This document shows, piece by piece, positions 21,346 to 30,368 of a stretch of DNA of 38,038 nt; position 1 is the stretch's first letter, and each line of letters opens with the position of its first letter. Source of the DNA: a virus. A program made the translations under genes and the position numbers. Below the pieces are notes generated by a model, which had not been told where the DNA came from, made no database searches, and saw only the letters and a program-made list of their open reading frames with translations. The stretch is taken from positions 1-38,038 of IMG/VR virus record IMGVR_UViG_3300047678_000357; one strand, written 5' to 3'.

Positions 21346-21663
21346 ATGTCACATGCAGCACTAGAATCAGGTCTAAGATCAGTTGCCACAGCAACAAACG
21401 CAACCAGTGCAGTCGCGACTATCACTGGTGTTGCAGGAAAAAAGATATTTATTGCCGCAGTTTCTGGAACATCAGATAAAGCCTCTGCAAAACTACTAGT
21501 TAAGGATGGTACAACTGTCATATGGCAAGATCGTGTAAGTAACACTTGCGGAAACTTCTACGACTTCGATGGATATCTAGTCGGAAGTGTCGGAGCAAAC
21601 GTATCAGTAACAGTTGATGGCACAGCAGAATGCGATGCCAACATCGTAGCTTTCATCCTATAA
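21346..21663 (+). CDS. Small beta-sandwich-like protein (105 aa), paralogous to the C-terminus of the 22395 product
   Basis: KIFIAAVSGTSDKASAKLLVKDGTTVIW ... VSVTVDGTAECDANIVAFI parallels DLYGLIIANSSATVCSVTIKDATAGTT ... SASVSSIEITALF. Confidence 0.5.
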   Translation: MSHAALESGLRSVATATNATSAVATITGVAGKKIFIAAVSGTSDKASAKLLVKDGTTVIWQDRVSNTCGNFYDFDGYLVGSVGANVSVTVDGTAECDANIVAFIL

Positions 21664-21668
21664 AAACC

Positions 21669-22388
21669 ATGATGCAACTCCTAACTCCAGAGACAGTCAA
21701 GAATGACACATCGAGACAGGAGCAGGAACAACGCTCTAGAGTTAGAGACTTGTCTATGGAAGAAGAAAGATTGGTAAAAAGTGTGAACCTCCTTCGTGAA
21801 GAAGAAAAGGCAGAGAAAAAACGAATTGATGAGGAGCTGGAAGTAAATCAGGCCACACTCGCAACTCGAAAAACAATGCTCGTCCGTGAAGTAGAAGCAC
21901 TCGAGGCTCGAAAAGCAGAGTCACTCAAGCCAGCCAGAGAAATCGAGGAGCGTGCCAACAAGATTCTTGCAGAGAATGAGGAGAAATCCAAAGTCCTCGA
22001 CACACGTCTATCCGAAGTCGCAACGATGAAGGAAAATGTGCTCGTCCAACTCGAGAAAATTGATGACAAAAAGCAACTCCTCGCCGAAGCTGATGAAGCA
22101 CTTCTCATACGAGAAAAAGGCATCACCGCTGGTGAAGCAGAGGTTAAACGTTCAGCAAACGAAGTCGCCGACAAGTGGCTTCAATATCACGGAGCAGTGA
22201 TAGAGCTCAATAATCGAGAGCATACACTGGTTTCACGTGAAAATGCTGTGACAGTCGCTACAGAGGCTAATACGGTATTCAAACTCACACTTGAGGCAAA
22301 AGAAAAAGACCTTGCAGAACGAGAGCGAGCACTCAACGACAAGTATCAAACATTTATTAGTGCCCAAAAAGAAATGGGAAAAATATAA
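21669..22388 (+). CDS. Coiled-coil protein (239 aa)
   Basis: Start set at ATG 21669. Long E/K/R/L-rich heptad-like segments. Confidence 0.55.
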   Translation: MMQLLTPETVKNDTSRQEQEQRSRVRDLSMEEERLVKSVNLLREEEKAEKKRIDEELEVNQATLATRKTMLVREVEALEARKAESLKPAREIEERANKILAENEEKSKVLDTRLSEVATMKENVLVQLEKIDDKKQLLAEADEALLIREKGITAGEAEVKRSANEVADKWLQYHGAVIELNNREHTLVSRENAVTVATEANTVFKLTLEAKEKDLAERERALNDKYQTFISAQKEMGKI

Positions 22389-22394
22389 AAAATC

Positions 22395-23915
22395 ATGGCA
22401 ACAGAACGTAACCCAAACTCAGTCCCAGTATTGATCGCCAAAAGTAATGCTGGCGACAATGCTGATGTGATTATATGGGGTGACCCAGCTACTCATCGAC
22501 TTCTTGTAAATGCGAGTGTTACGGTCGGTGCTGTGTCTGGTAGTAAGACAAATAATAATGCTGCACCCGGATCTGATAACATAGGAGCTTTTGTTGGAGT
22601 TGCAACTGCATCTGCTCCTTCTTACACAGAAGGAAACCTCGTGGCACTTTCAACAGACTTGGCAGGAGCACTTCGTGTTACAGGTTCTCTATCGATTGGT
22701 GGTACTACAGATAACTCGGCATATACTGCTGGGTCTTCTTCTGGTACACCATCATTCGGTTTTTACCACGCAACAATAGATACAGTCACTGACGGACGTG
22801 CAGCTTCAATCGCGATCACATCAAAAAGAGCACAACACGTAGCTCTTCATGATGTGGCAGGAAATGCATTGCTTGGTCAAAAAACTACAGCAAACTCTAT
22901 TCCAGTAGCTCTCGCATCTGATGCAACACTTCCAGTGACAAACGCTGGAACATTTGTAGTGCAAGCAACACTCGCGGCTGAAACTACTAAAGTTATCGGT
23001 ACAATAAACATTGCGGCTGCACAAACAATCGCAACTGTCACAGCCGTCACAGGCATCACAAATGCCCTACCAGCCGGTACTAACCTGCTTGGAAAGGTGG
23101 GAATTGACCAGACTACCCCGGGAACGACAAATGCCGTCTCCTTGGCCCAAATTGGAGCAAATACCACCCTTACAGGTAATGGTGTAACAGGTACGGGGTC
23201 ACTTCGAGTAACTATTGCATCAGATAACACGGCGTTCACTGTAAATGCTGCACAATCAGGTACGTGGAACATCGGAACTGTTACCACAGTATCGACCGTA
23301 ACAGCAGTCACAACTGTTTCTACAGTAACAAACCTTGCTCAGATGAATGGTGCTGCACTTCTCATGGGTAATGGTGTCACAGGAACAGGTGCACAACGAG
23401 TCACATTGTCCTCAGACAACACAGGAATAGCAAACTGGGGCCATGGTGCCATTGGTGCTGCTGTACCTGCTGGAGCGACGTATAAAGGGCTTATAGCAAA
23501 GACAGCAAACCCATCTGCAGCAACAGATGGAAACATGGTTGGAGCATTGGCAGATAAACTTGGAAAACAAGTTGTTGTTGGTTCAATTCGAGACCTTAAG
23601 GTGGTACAGAAAACTACAATTACAGCGTCAACATCTGAAACAACTATTGGAACAGCAGTTGCCTCGACATTCTTGGATCTTTATGGACTCATCATTGCAA
23701 ATAGTTCAGCAACTGTTTGCAGTGTGACAATTAAAGATGCAACAGCAGGTACTACTCGAGCAATATTTACAGTACCAGCTGGAGATACTCGAGGGTTCAT
23801 GCTTCCTGAATCAGGAGGGCTTGTGCAGGCAACAGTAAACAATAACTGGACTGCCACATGTTCTGCATCAGTATCAAGTATAGAAATTACAGCATTATTC
23901 GTTAAAAATATATAA
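22395..23915 (+). CDS. Tail fibre/spike-like structural protein with internal repeats
   Basis: 506 aa, Ala/Thr/Gly/Val-rich. GNGVTGTG(S/A)xRVTxxSDNT is repeated at 23175..23231 and 23367..23423. Also a TVTTVSTVTAVTTVSTVT run. Confidence 0.5.
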   Translation: MATERNPNSVPVLIAKSNAGDNADVIIWGDPATHRLLVNASVTVGAVSGSKTNNNAAPGSDNIGAFVGVATASAPSYTEGNLVALSTDLAGALRVTGSLSIGGTTDNSAYTAGSSSGTPSFGFYHATIDTVTDGRAASIAITSKRAQHVALHDVAGNALLGQKTTANSIPVALASDATLPVTNAGTFVVQATLAAETTKVIGTINIAAAQTIATVTAVTGITNALPAGTNLLGKVGIDQTTPGTTNAVSLAQIGANTTLTGNGVTGTGSLRVTIASDNTAFTVNAAQSGTWNIGTVTTVSTVTAVTTVSTVTNLAQMNGAALLMGNGVTGTGAQRVTLSSDNTGIANWGHGAIGAAVPAGATYKGLIAKTANPSAATDGNMVGALADKLGKQVVVGSIRDLKVVQKTTITASTSETTIGTAVASTFLDLYGLIIANSSATVCSVTIKDATAGTTRAIFTVPAGDTRGFMLPESGGLVQATVNNNWTATCSASVSSIEITALFVKNI

Positions 23916-23919
23916 AAAC

Positions 23920-24420
23920 ATGGCACGATATCGTATATACAATGGCCCAATGCCAACAACCGCTGCACAAGCAGTTGTTACCACTGGAACAGCAATCAAA
24001 ACACTTCTTCAATTAAAACCATTTAACCAATGCAAAATAAACGCATGGGGTGTTTCATTTGATGGAAGTGCAGCAGCAACTCCAATTAAGTGTGAATTAC
24101 TTGAAACTGGAACAGTCTTTGGAACTGTAACGGCTTCTGCTGATGCAGATTGTATTAAATTAGACGGAACAGATCAGGCAGTTGCTTCTGTTGCTGGATT
24201 GACTCTCGGTACATCTGCAACAGGTTACACATGTACTTCTGAGGGTTCAATTACAACAGTTAGAATGTTTGATGCTCAATTAGTTGCTCCTACAAATCAG
24301 TACATTTATCAATTTCCTTTAGGGCAAGAACCTGTATTGGTAATTGGTAATGCTACTCGTGTTCGAGTAACAGCAGGTGCAGCAGTGAACGCATATGCTT
24401 GGATAGAAATAACAATATAA
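23920..24420 (+). CDS. Hypothetical structural protein (166 aa)
   Basis: Beta-rich. First gene of the low-GC segment. Confidence 0.5.
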   Translation: MARYRIYNGPMPTTAAQAVVTTGTAIKTLLQLKPFNQCKINAWGVSFDGSAAATPIKCELLETGTVFGTVTASADADCIKLDGTDQAVASVAGLTLGTSATGYTCTSEGSITTVRMFDAQLVAPTNQYIYQFPLGQEPVLVIGNATRVRVTAGAAVNAYAWIEITI

Positions 24421-24424
24421 ATCT

Positions 24425-24847
24425 ATGTACACAGCAAAAATTGTAGAAAAAATAGAAAATCAATATGGAGGTGTTGATATAACAGTGCTATTCACAAATG
24501 GTACTGAAAAAGAAATACGTCATATATTTTCTGGGATTACTTCAAAAGATGATTTAAAGAAAAAAATATCTCAACAGATAGAGTTTTATACTCTTTCAGA
24601 TGGGTTAAAACAAGATATTTCTGTAGATGAAGTTGTTGATTTAACAAAAAAAGAAGTGATTGTTGAAAAAGCAAAAGAAATCACTGATGACCAAAAAAAG
24701 AGAGATGTATATGTTCAACTAGCTATTCGTCAAGATGCTTTTAAAAAAGATATTGCACGAGGAGTTATTGACTCGACATATCCAGAATATGTTGACGTGT
24801 GTTCAAAATTAAAAGCTAAATATAAACCAGAATACTCTGGGCTATAA
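24425..24847 (+). CDS. Hypothetical protein (140 aa), very AT-rich gene
   Basis: Lys/Glu/Asp-rich. Hand count for 24421..24480 is 16 G+C in 60 nt. Confidence 0.5.
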   Translation: MYTAKIVEKIENQYGGVDITVLFTNGTEKEIRHIFSGITSKDDLKKKISQQIEFYTLSDGLKQDISVDEVVDLTKKEVIVEKAKEITDDQKKRDVYVQLAIRQDAFKKDIARGVIDSTYPEYVDVCSKLKAKYKPEYSGL

Positions 24848-24850
24848 AAT

Positions 24851-25978
24851 ATGGCTTTCTCATATTATCGAACAATTACAATAGATAAAACAAAAGTTCC
24901 GAATACAAATCAGACTAATTTTCCTGTGCTTGTTAGTGGAACTTATACGTATCTAAAAACTGTCGGTAATGGTGGTAGTGTACAAAATGCTAATGGGTAT
25001 GATGTTGGTTTCTATTCTGACTCAGCACTTACTACAAAACTAAAATGGCAAACCCAAAAATATACTGCTTCAACGGGTGAAGTAGTTTATTGGGTTAAAG
25101 TTCCTACTGTATCAACATCGGTGGATACAGTAATTTACATGGCTTATGGTGATGCTTCAATTTCCACAGACCAATCTGATTCTACAAACGTATGGGATAC
25201 CAACTTTCAAGCTGTGTATCATATGGATGAAAGTTCACTTGGCACTGGTGGTGCAACAGTTTCTGATAGTACTTCAAATGCAAGAAATATGGTCACTGCT
25301 GTATCTGGTACTGGAGATGTACAACCAGCTACTGGTAAAATAGGGGGTGGTATTGCCATAACAGGTTCAAATCAATATCAAGGTGGGTATATAACTAATT
25401 CATCAAACTCGGGGCTTGGTTCGGGTACAAGTTTAACAGTGGAATGTTGGGTATCATTTCCTTCCTCACGTTCATATGATGCAGGGTATAACTTCTTTGT
25501 ACAACGTACTACCTCATATCCATATTACACAGCTGGGTTACGTGTAGACTCTACTAATAATGGAGTAGCTGGTTCTTTTGACGATAACAGTGGTAATCAT
25601 TACACAACAACAAGAGCTGCAGTTTCATTAAATACTTTATACTATGTAGTTACTACATATGATGGGTCTACTGTTAAAACCTATTTAAATGGTGCTTTAG
25701 CATACTCTACTTCTGCATCATTTAGTATTGGAGCTGATGCTCCTTTCTATGTTGGTTATTCTCCAGCAGAAGGTTTTCGATATACAGAAATGACAATTGA
25801 TGAATTAAGGCTATCTAATAGTACACGTGATGTTAATTGGATAACAACTGGATACAATAATCAAAACTCACCGTCTACGTTTTACACAGTGGGGAGTGAA
25901 GTTGTTGTCGGTGCTTCATTTATTGCAAAAGTTTTCAGATTTGTTAGACAGGCAGTTAATCGTGCTTCAACTTACTAA
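24851..25978 (+). CDS. DUF2341-like + LamG/concanavalin-like domain protein (probable receptor-binding protein)
   Basis: N-terminus YYRTITIDKTKVPNTNQTNFPVLV...VYWVKVP...IYMAYGD is DUF2341-like. VWDTNFQAVYHMDE ... DELRLSNSTRDVNWITTGYNNQ is LamG-like. Confidence 0.55.
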   Translation: MAFSYYRTITIDKTKVPNTNQTNFPVLVSGTYTYLKTVGNGGSVQNANGYDVGFYSDSALTTKLKWQTQKYTASTGEVVYWVKVPTVSTSVDTVIYMAYGDASISTDQSDSTNVWDTNFQAVYHMDESSLGTGGATVSDSTSNARNMVTAVSGTGDVQPATGKIGGGIAITGSNQYQGGYITNSSNSGLGSGTSLTVECWVSFPSSRSYDAGYNFFVQRTTSYPYYTAGLRVDSTNNGVAGSFDDNSGNHYTTTRAAVSLNTLYYVVTTYDGSTVKTYLNGALAYSTSASFSIGADAPFYVGYSPAEGFRYTEMTIDELRLSNSTRDVNWITTGYNNQNSPSTFYTVGSEVVVGASFIAKVFRFVRQAVNRASTY

Positions 25979-25984
25979 AAATAT

Positions 25985-26881
25985 ATGGCAAGATTTGGAA
26001 GAACATTTCCCATAAAAGCACATATAACAAGATTCAGAATCTTGAGTACTTCACTTTCACTAAAAGTATTAGTTATAGGCGGAGGAGGAGGTGGTGCAGG
26101 ATTAGGTGGTAATCTTACTGGAGCTGGAGGAGGTGGTGCAGGGGGTTACCAATATGATGCAACTCATTCTGTGAGTGTAGGAGCATATTCTGTCACTGTT
26201 GGTACTGGTGGTGCAGGAGGTAGTAACGCTCAAGGTGGTCATGGTAATGATAGTATTTTTGATACAATAACAGCAACTGGCGGAGGAGCGGGACAATATG
26301 GTAATAATACTTCGCCATCCATTGATGGTGGCTCAGGCGGTGGAGGTTCTAATACTAATGCTGGAGGTGCTGGTTCTCAAGGTAGTAATGGTGGACAAGG
26401 TAATTTAGCTGGACTTGCTGGTGGTGGAGGAGGAGGAGCATCTGCAGTCGGTGGTGATGGTACCGTTGGTGGATTGGGTGGTAATGGTGGTAATGGTACA
26501 GCCAATTCTATAACAGGTTCATCTGTAACTTATGCTGGTGGTGGGGGCGGTGGTTCAAATGGTACAGGTGGCACAGGGGGTACAGGTGGGGGAGCAAATG
26601 GGGGTTCATCTGGTGCTTCAGGAGGGTCTGGGACAGCAAATACAGGTGGTGGTGGAGGAGGAGGAGGAGCAAATGGTGTCGGAGTTGGTGGTTCTGGAGG
26701 GTCAGGTGTTGTTATTCTAAGTTATATCACTGCTAACTATTCAGGGTATACTGTAACAGGTGGAACAATTACAACAGATGGAGCAAATACGGTTCATAAG
26801 TTTACTACAAGCGGAACATTCACAATATCAGTAAATAGTCTGGTTTCAAGTGTAAGTACATGGCTAATGATGGGAATATAA
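25985..26881 (+). CDS. Glycine-rich domain protein (tail fibre-associated type)
   Basis: VLVIGGGGGGAGLGG...GGGGAGG followed by long GGxGG/GxGG runs. C-terminal non-repetitive beta domain. Confidence 0.55.
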   Translation: MARFGRTFPIKAHITRFRILSTSLSLKVLVIGGGGGGAGLGGNLTGAGGGGAGGYQYDATHSVSVGAYSVTVGTGGAGGSNAQGGHGNDSIFDTITATGGGAGQYGNNTSPSIDGGSGGGGSNTNAGGAGSQGSNGGQGNLAGLAGGGGGGASAVGGDGTVGGLGGNGGNGTANSITGSSVTYAGGGGGGSNGTGGTGGTGGGANGGSSGASGGSGTANTGGGGGGGGANGVGVGGSGGSGVVILSYITANYSGYTVTGGTITTDGANTVHKFTTSGTFTISVNSLVSSVSTWLMMGI

Positions 26882-26889
26882 AAATCACT

Positions 26890-27174
26890 ATGGAAAACTA
26901 TAAAGAACAAAGTTTAATAAAATCAGTACTCACTTCAGAAGTGAAGTTTGTAATTGGTGTAGTTACGATTGCTCTCGGAGTTGTTGCTCCTTACTATGGA
27001 ATACGCCAAGACATTGCATTGATTAAAAATGACGTGTCAAATATAAACGCAAATCATGAAGTTCACATACAAGATATTCAACAAAATATCAAGGATTTAC
27101 AAGTGACAGTCGTTACACAAAATGCAGAAATAATTGATCTACAAAAGCAAATCATCTCAATGTCGAGAAAATAA
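26890..27174 (+). CDS. Membrane-anchored coiled-coil protein (94 aa)
   Basis: Start set at ATG 26890. TM helix FVIGVVTIALGVVAPYYGI, then a heptad-like segment. Confidence 0.5.
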   Translation: MENYKEQSLIKSVLTSEVKFVIGVVTIALGVVAPYYGIRQDIALIKNDVSNINANHEVHIQDIQQNIKDLQVTVVTQNAEIIDLQKQIISMSRK

Positions 27175-27178
27175 ACAT

Positions 27179-28870
27179 ATGAACCCACAAAACTCACAAC
27201 TTATCATCAAAGACTGGCCAAAAGGTGTGGCAGACTCTCCACACCTTGGATTGGCTATGCTTAAAAACTTGGAGATTGACACATATCCGGGAGCTGTGCG
27301 TGTGGGTAAAAAGCCGATCACAGCATTTCATACAGCACTCTCTCAAACATTCACCGCAGACTCCTCAACTGATATCATGACAATATCAGGGGGTACAATG
27401 CCGATCACAGGAACAGCAGTCACGGTCAGTAACTCTGGTGGTGCTTTACCAACTGGTCTTTCTGCGGCGACAAACTATTTCATAATAAAATTGTCATCGA
27501 CAACATTCAAACTGGCAACAACACGAGCGAACGCGAACGCTTCAACGGCAATCGATATCACATCAAACGGTAGTGGTACAAATACGGTCGCAACCGTAGA
27601 CCCGGGAACAATCAATCACTTTGCAAATGATCCTCGAACAAATACTAGATTTGCAATTGATTCAAATGGTAGAGTTTGGTACAAATCATCATCTATTTAT
27701 CTACTTCTCGATGGAAACACTTTAACAAACGCAGCAGGACAAGGTCTCGCTATATTCCGAACATCAGATGGAAATGCGACATATCTATTCGTGTATCGAA
27801 ATGCCGTCATCGATGTCATCAACGTATTCGGAACATCAAATCTTGAGACACCAGTATGGAGTACTGCTTGGAAGTCTATGAACTCAGGTGCAGGATCAGG
27901 AAATAGCCACCACTCAATCGTTGGGCAAGATAACATAATATATTTTACAGACGACCGATATATTGGATCAATTCAGGAAAAGCCCGGAAGTGTATTCGAC
28001 CCAGCAACAGCTGGGACATATACATACAACAATCAAGCACTATCTCTTCCGCTTGGGGCTCTCACATACTGGCTGGAGCAACTTGGAATCAATCTCCTTG
28101 TGAGTGTATCGAATGATAGCTACGTATACCCTTGGGACCGATCAAGTATCTCATATGGGCTACCTCTTCCAGTCGCAGAGTTCGGTATCAACAAGATGAA
28201 AAACATTGGAAATATTGTATACATTTTGGCCGGAACTCACGGAAATATTTACTGGACACAGGGTACATACGTAAAGGTATTCAAAACAATCCCTGTCTAT
28301 CTTACATACAACACAACAACACCAGCATCCAACCCACTTTCATGGGGTGGTATTGCGGCAGTACTCGGAAAACTCATTGTGGGTGTTGGCGCAACTTCTG
28401 GAGAAAGTGGAGTCTATATGGTCGACTCAAACGGAGTATTGACCATCGACAACTATCCATCAACAGGACAGGCAAAAGTAACGGCATTGTACGCACTCAA
28501 TGAGTTCTATGACATGGGCTACGCTGGAGGTGCAGACACAATGGACACGAGTCGATATAGCAACTATGAAGCCGTGTTGCAAAGTGCTCTCTACCGAGTC
28601 GGTACAAAAACATTAAAGACAAAGTACTCTCAATGTGAAATCCAAATCGCGAGTCCAGTTTCTGGCACAGTGAAAGTCAGCTGGCGCCGAAATGAGACTG
28701 GTTCGTGGACTGCGATTAACAATGAGTCAGGTACAGCAACAACATTCACAACAGACACCAATAACACATCGTACCAAGTCGATTGTGGTCTTATTGATAT
28801 TGAAAACATCCAGATTAAAGTCGAACTGGCTGGAAACCTTGACCTTATGGAGGTGCGAATTAACCCATAA
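27179..28870 (+). CDS. Large virion/tail structural protein (563 aa)
   Basis: Start set at ATG 27179. Beta-rich; recurring W/Y-containing strands suggest a propeller-like fold. Function is inferred from position only. Confidence 0.45.
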   Translation: MNPQNSQLIIKDWPKGVADSPHLGLAMLKNLEIDTYPGAVRVGKKPITAFHTALSQTFTADSSTDIMTISGGTMPITGTAVTVSNSGGALPTGLSAATNYFIIKLSSTTFKLATTRANANASTAIDITSNGSGTNTVATVDPGTINHFANDPRTNTRFAIDSNGRVWYKSSSIYLLLDGNTLTNAAGQGLAIFRTSDGNATYLFVYRNAVIDVINVFGTSNLETPVWSTAWKSMNSGAGSGNSHHSIVGQDNIIYFTDDRYIGSIQEKPGSVFDPATAGTYTYNNQALSLPLGALTYWLEQLGINLLVSVSNDSYVYPWDRSSISYGLPLPVAEFGINKMKNIGNIVYILAGTHGNIYWTQGTYVKVFKTIPVYLTYNTTTPASNPLSWGGIAAVLGKLIVGVGATSGESGVYMVDSNGVLTIDNYPSTGQAKVTALYALNEFYDMGYAGGADTMDTSRYSNYEAVLQSALYRVGTKTLKTKYSQCEIQIASPVSGTVKVSWRRNETGSWTAINNESGTATTFTTDTNNTSYQVDCGLIDIENIQIKVELAGNLDLMEVRINP

Positions 28871-28875
28871 ATACC

Positions 28876-29388
28876 ATGGATAATCAAGATATACAAAACC
28901 AAATAGATGCACTCGTCAGTCGAGTCAAAGTCGTCGAGGATCAGGTGCAAACTCCGAGCCATTATCACAATGGCTTTGATTCCAACCAGATCGCATTTAA
29001 CGATATATACCAGAAGAAACTGTATATCCGTCACACACTCACCGGGCTCACAGCAACAACAGGTTCAAATTACGGAGTATTCTTCATCACACCAGTCAAA
29101 TGCCTTGTAACAGGCATCAGGGAGGTCCACGAGACAGCTGGAACCGATGCAGGTGCTGTGACTCTTAACATTGAGAAACTGATAAGCGGTGTCGCACCAG
29201 ACTCAGGGTCAACACTTCTCTCAACAGACTTTAGTCTCAAGGCAACTGCAAATGTGGTACAGACTGGAACTCTCGTAACAACTTCATCGACAAGAACTCT
29301 GGCAATCGGTGATCGACTCTGTTTGAAAGATGCTGGAACTCTGACACTGGTCGCTGGGGTAACAGTGCATATCGAATTAACTTATTAA
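28876..29388 (+). CDS. Hypothetical structural protein (170 aa)
   Basis: + strand ORF in the tail region. No motif recognised. Confidence 0.5.
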   Translation: MDNQDIQNQIDALVSRVKVVEDQVQTPSHYHNGFDSNQIAFNDIYQKKLYIRHTLTGLTATTGSNYGVFFITPVKCLVTGIREVHETAGTDAGAVTLNIEKLISGVAPDSGSTLLSTDFSLKATANVVQTGTLVTTSSTRTLAIGDRLCLKDAGTLTLVAGVTVHIELTY

Positions 29389-29404
29389 ATGATAAAATAA
29401 AACC

Positions 29405-30343
29405 ATGGCAAAATCATATACACAAGGTAGAAATCTATATGGGGTCTGGAGCAAAAACCCAGACACAAGCAATCTCGCTTACGGAGATCAGATGGCGAAT
29501 GACGACTATCGTCATTTGTGTGCCTTGAAAGATTGGCCATTTCTAGAAAGAAGCCGAACTCTCTTGACAACAGCTCTTACGCAAGCAACGACACTTCCAT
29601 ACGACTGTGACCTCGTTCGAGAAGTCTCAGTCATTCCAACTGGATCAACAATTCGATACACACCAAGGGAATGTACAAACAGCGCACAATGGGACATGCT
29701 CAACCTCACACCGTACAAATCTGATATTCCAGAGTGGTACTTCGTGTTCGCTGGACAACTATTGCTCTGGCCAACTCCTGTCAATACAGGAAACACAATC
29801 TATATTCGACAAAGAAGTCGAGTAATTGACCTCTCAGTCGTAGACTACACAACAGGAAACATCAGCGCTATTGCAAACGGTGCAACCGCAGTCACAGGAT
29901 CAGGAACCACTTGGACATCACAAATGGTTGGTCGATCAATTCGTATCACAATGACCGATACCGCAGGTACTGGAGATGGTCTCTGGTACGAAATCGCTGG
30001 TGTCTCAAGTGCAACCGCACTGACACTTACACGAGCATACGGAGGCACTACCATTGCGGCAGGCTCCGCAGCGTACACGATTGGTCAGATGCCTCTATTA
30101 CCAGAAGCATTCCATGACTTGCCGTGGCAATGGGCAGCAGGAACTTATTGGCAAAAAGAGTCCGATAAGGAACGTGCCGATGCATTCCTCGGTGCTCACG
30201 GTATGCCTCCAACAGGAGGTAGATCGGGAACCGGACGTGTTGCAGAGCTTATCTCAGGATACAGTTCGCAGTCGACAAACATGGTCATCGATAACGGACT
30301 AGAGCAAGCAGAAATAAATCCGAATCTTGTAATCAGTTTATAA
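29405..30343 (+). CDS. Hypothetical virion protein (312 aa)
   Basis: + strand ORF. A possible adaptor or neck protein by position only. Confidence 0.45.
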   Translation: MAKSYTQGRNLYGVWSKNPDTSNLAYGDQMANDDYRHLCALKDWPFLERSRTLLTTALTQATTLPYDCDLVREVSVIPTGSTIRYTPRECTNSAQWDMLNLTPYKSDIPEWYFVFAGQLLLWPTPVNTGNTIYIRQRSRVIDLSVVDYTTGNISAIANGATAVTGSGTTWTSQMVGRSIRITMTDTAGTGDGLWYEIAGVSSATALTLTRAYGGTTIAAGSAAYTIGQMPLLPEAFHDLPWQWAAGTYWQKESDKERADAFLGAHGMPPTGGRSGTGRVAELISGYSSQSTNMVIDNGLEQAEINPNLVISL

Positions 30344-30357
30344 ACATTATTAACTTA
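30342..30357 (+). promoter_or_regulatory. Conserved leader 16-mer AAACATTATTAACTTA (copy 2)
   Basis: Identical to 19274..19289. It ends 11 nt before ATG 30369. Confidence 0.5.
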
Positions 30358-30368
30358 TCAAAAATATC

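Noticed and set aside
23175-23423. The internal repeats in the fibre-like protein as template/variable repeats of a diversity-generating retroelement.
   Set aside because: No reverse transcriptase or accessory gene is present. The two copies are in-frame parts of one ORF and differ at all base types, not by adenine-specific changes.
25985-26881. The G-rich GGTGG/GGAGG DNA repeats as a non-coding low-complexity or G-quadruplex region.
   Set aside because: The region maintains one long open frame encoding Gly-rich repeats, flanked by non-repetitive N- and C-terminal sequence. This is typical of glycine-rich phage fibre proteins.
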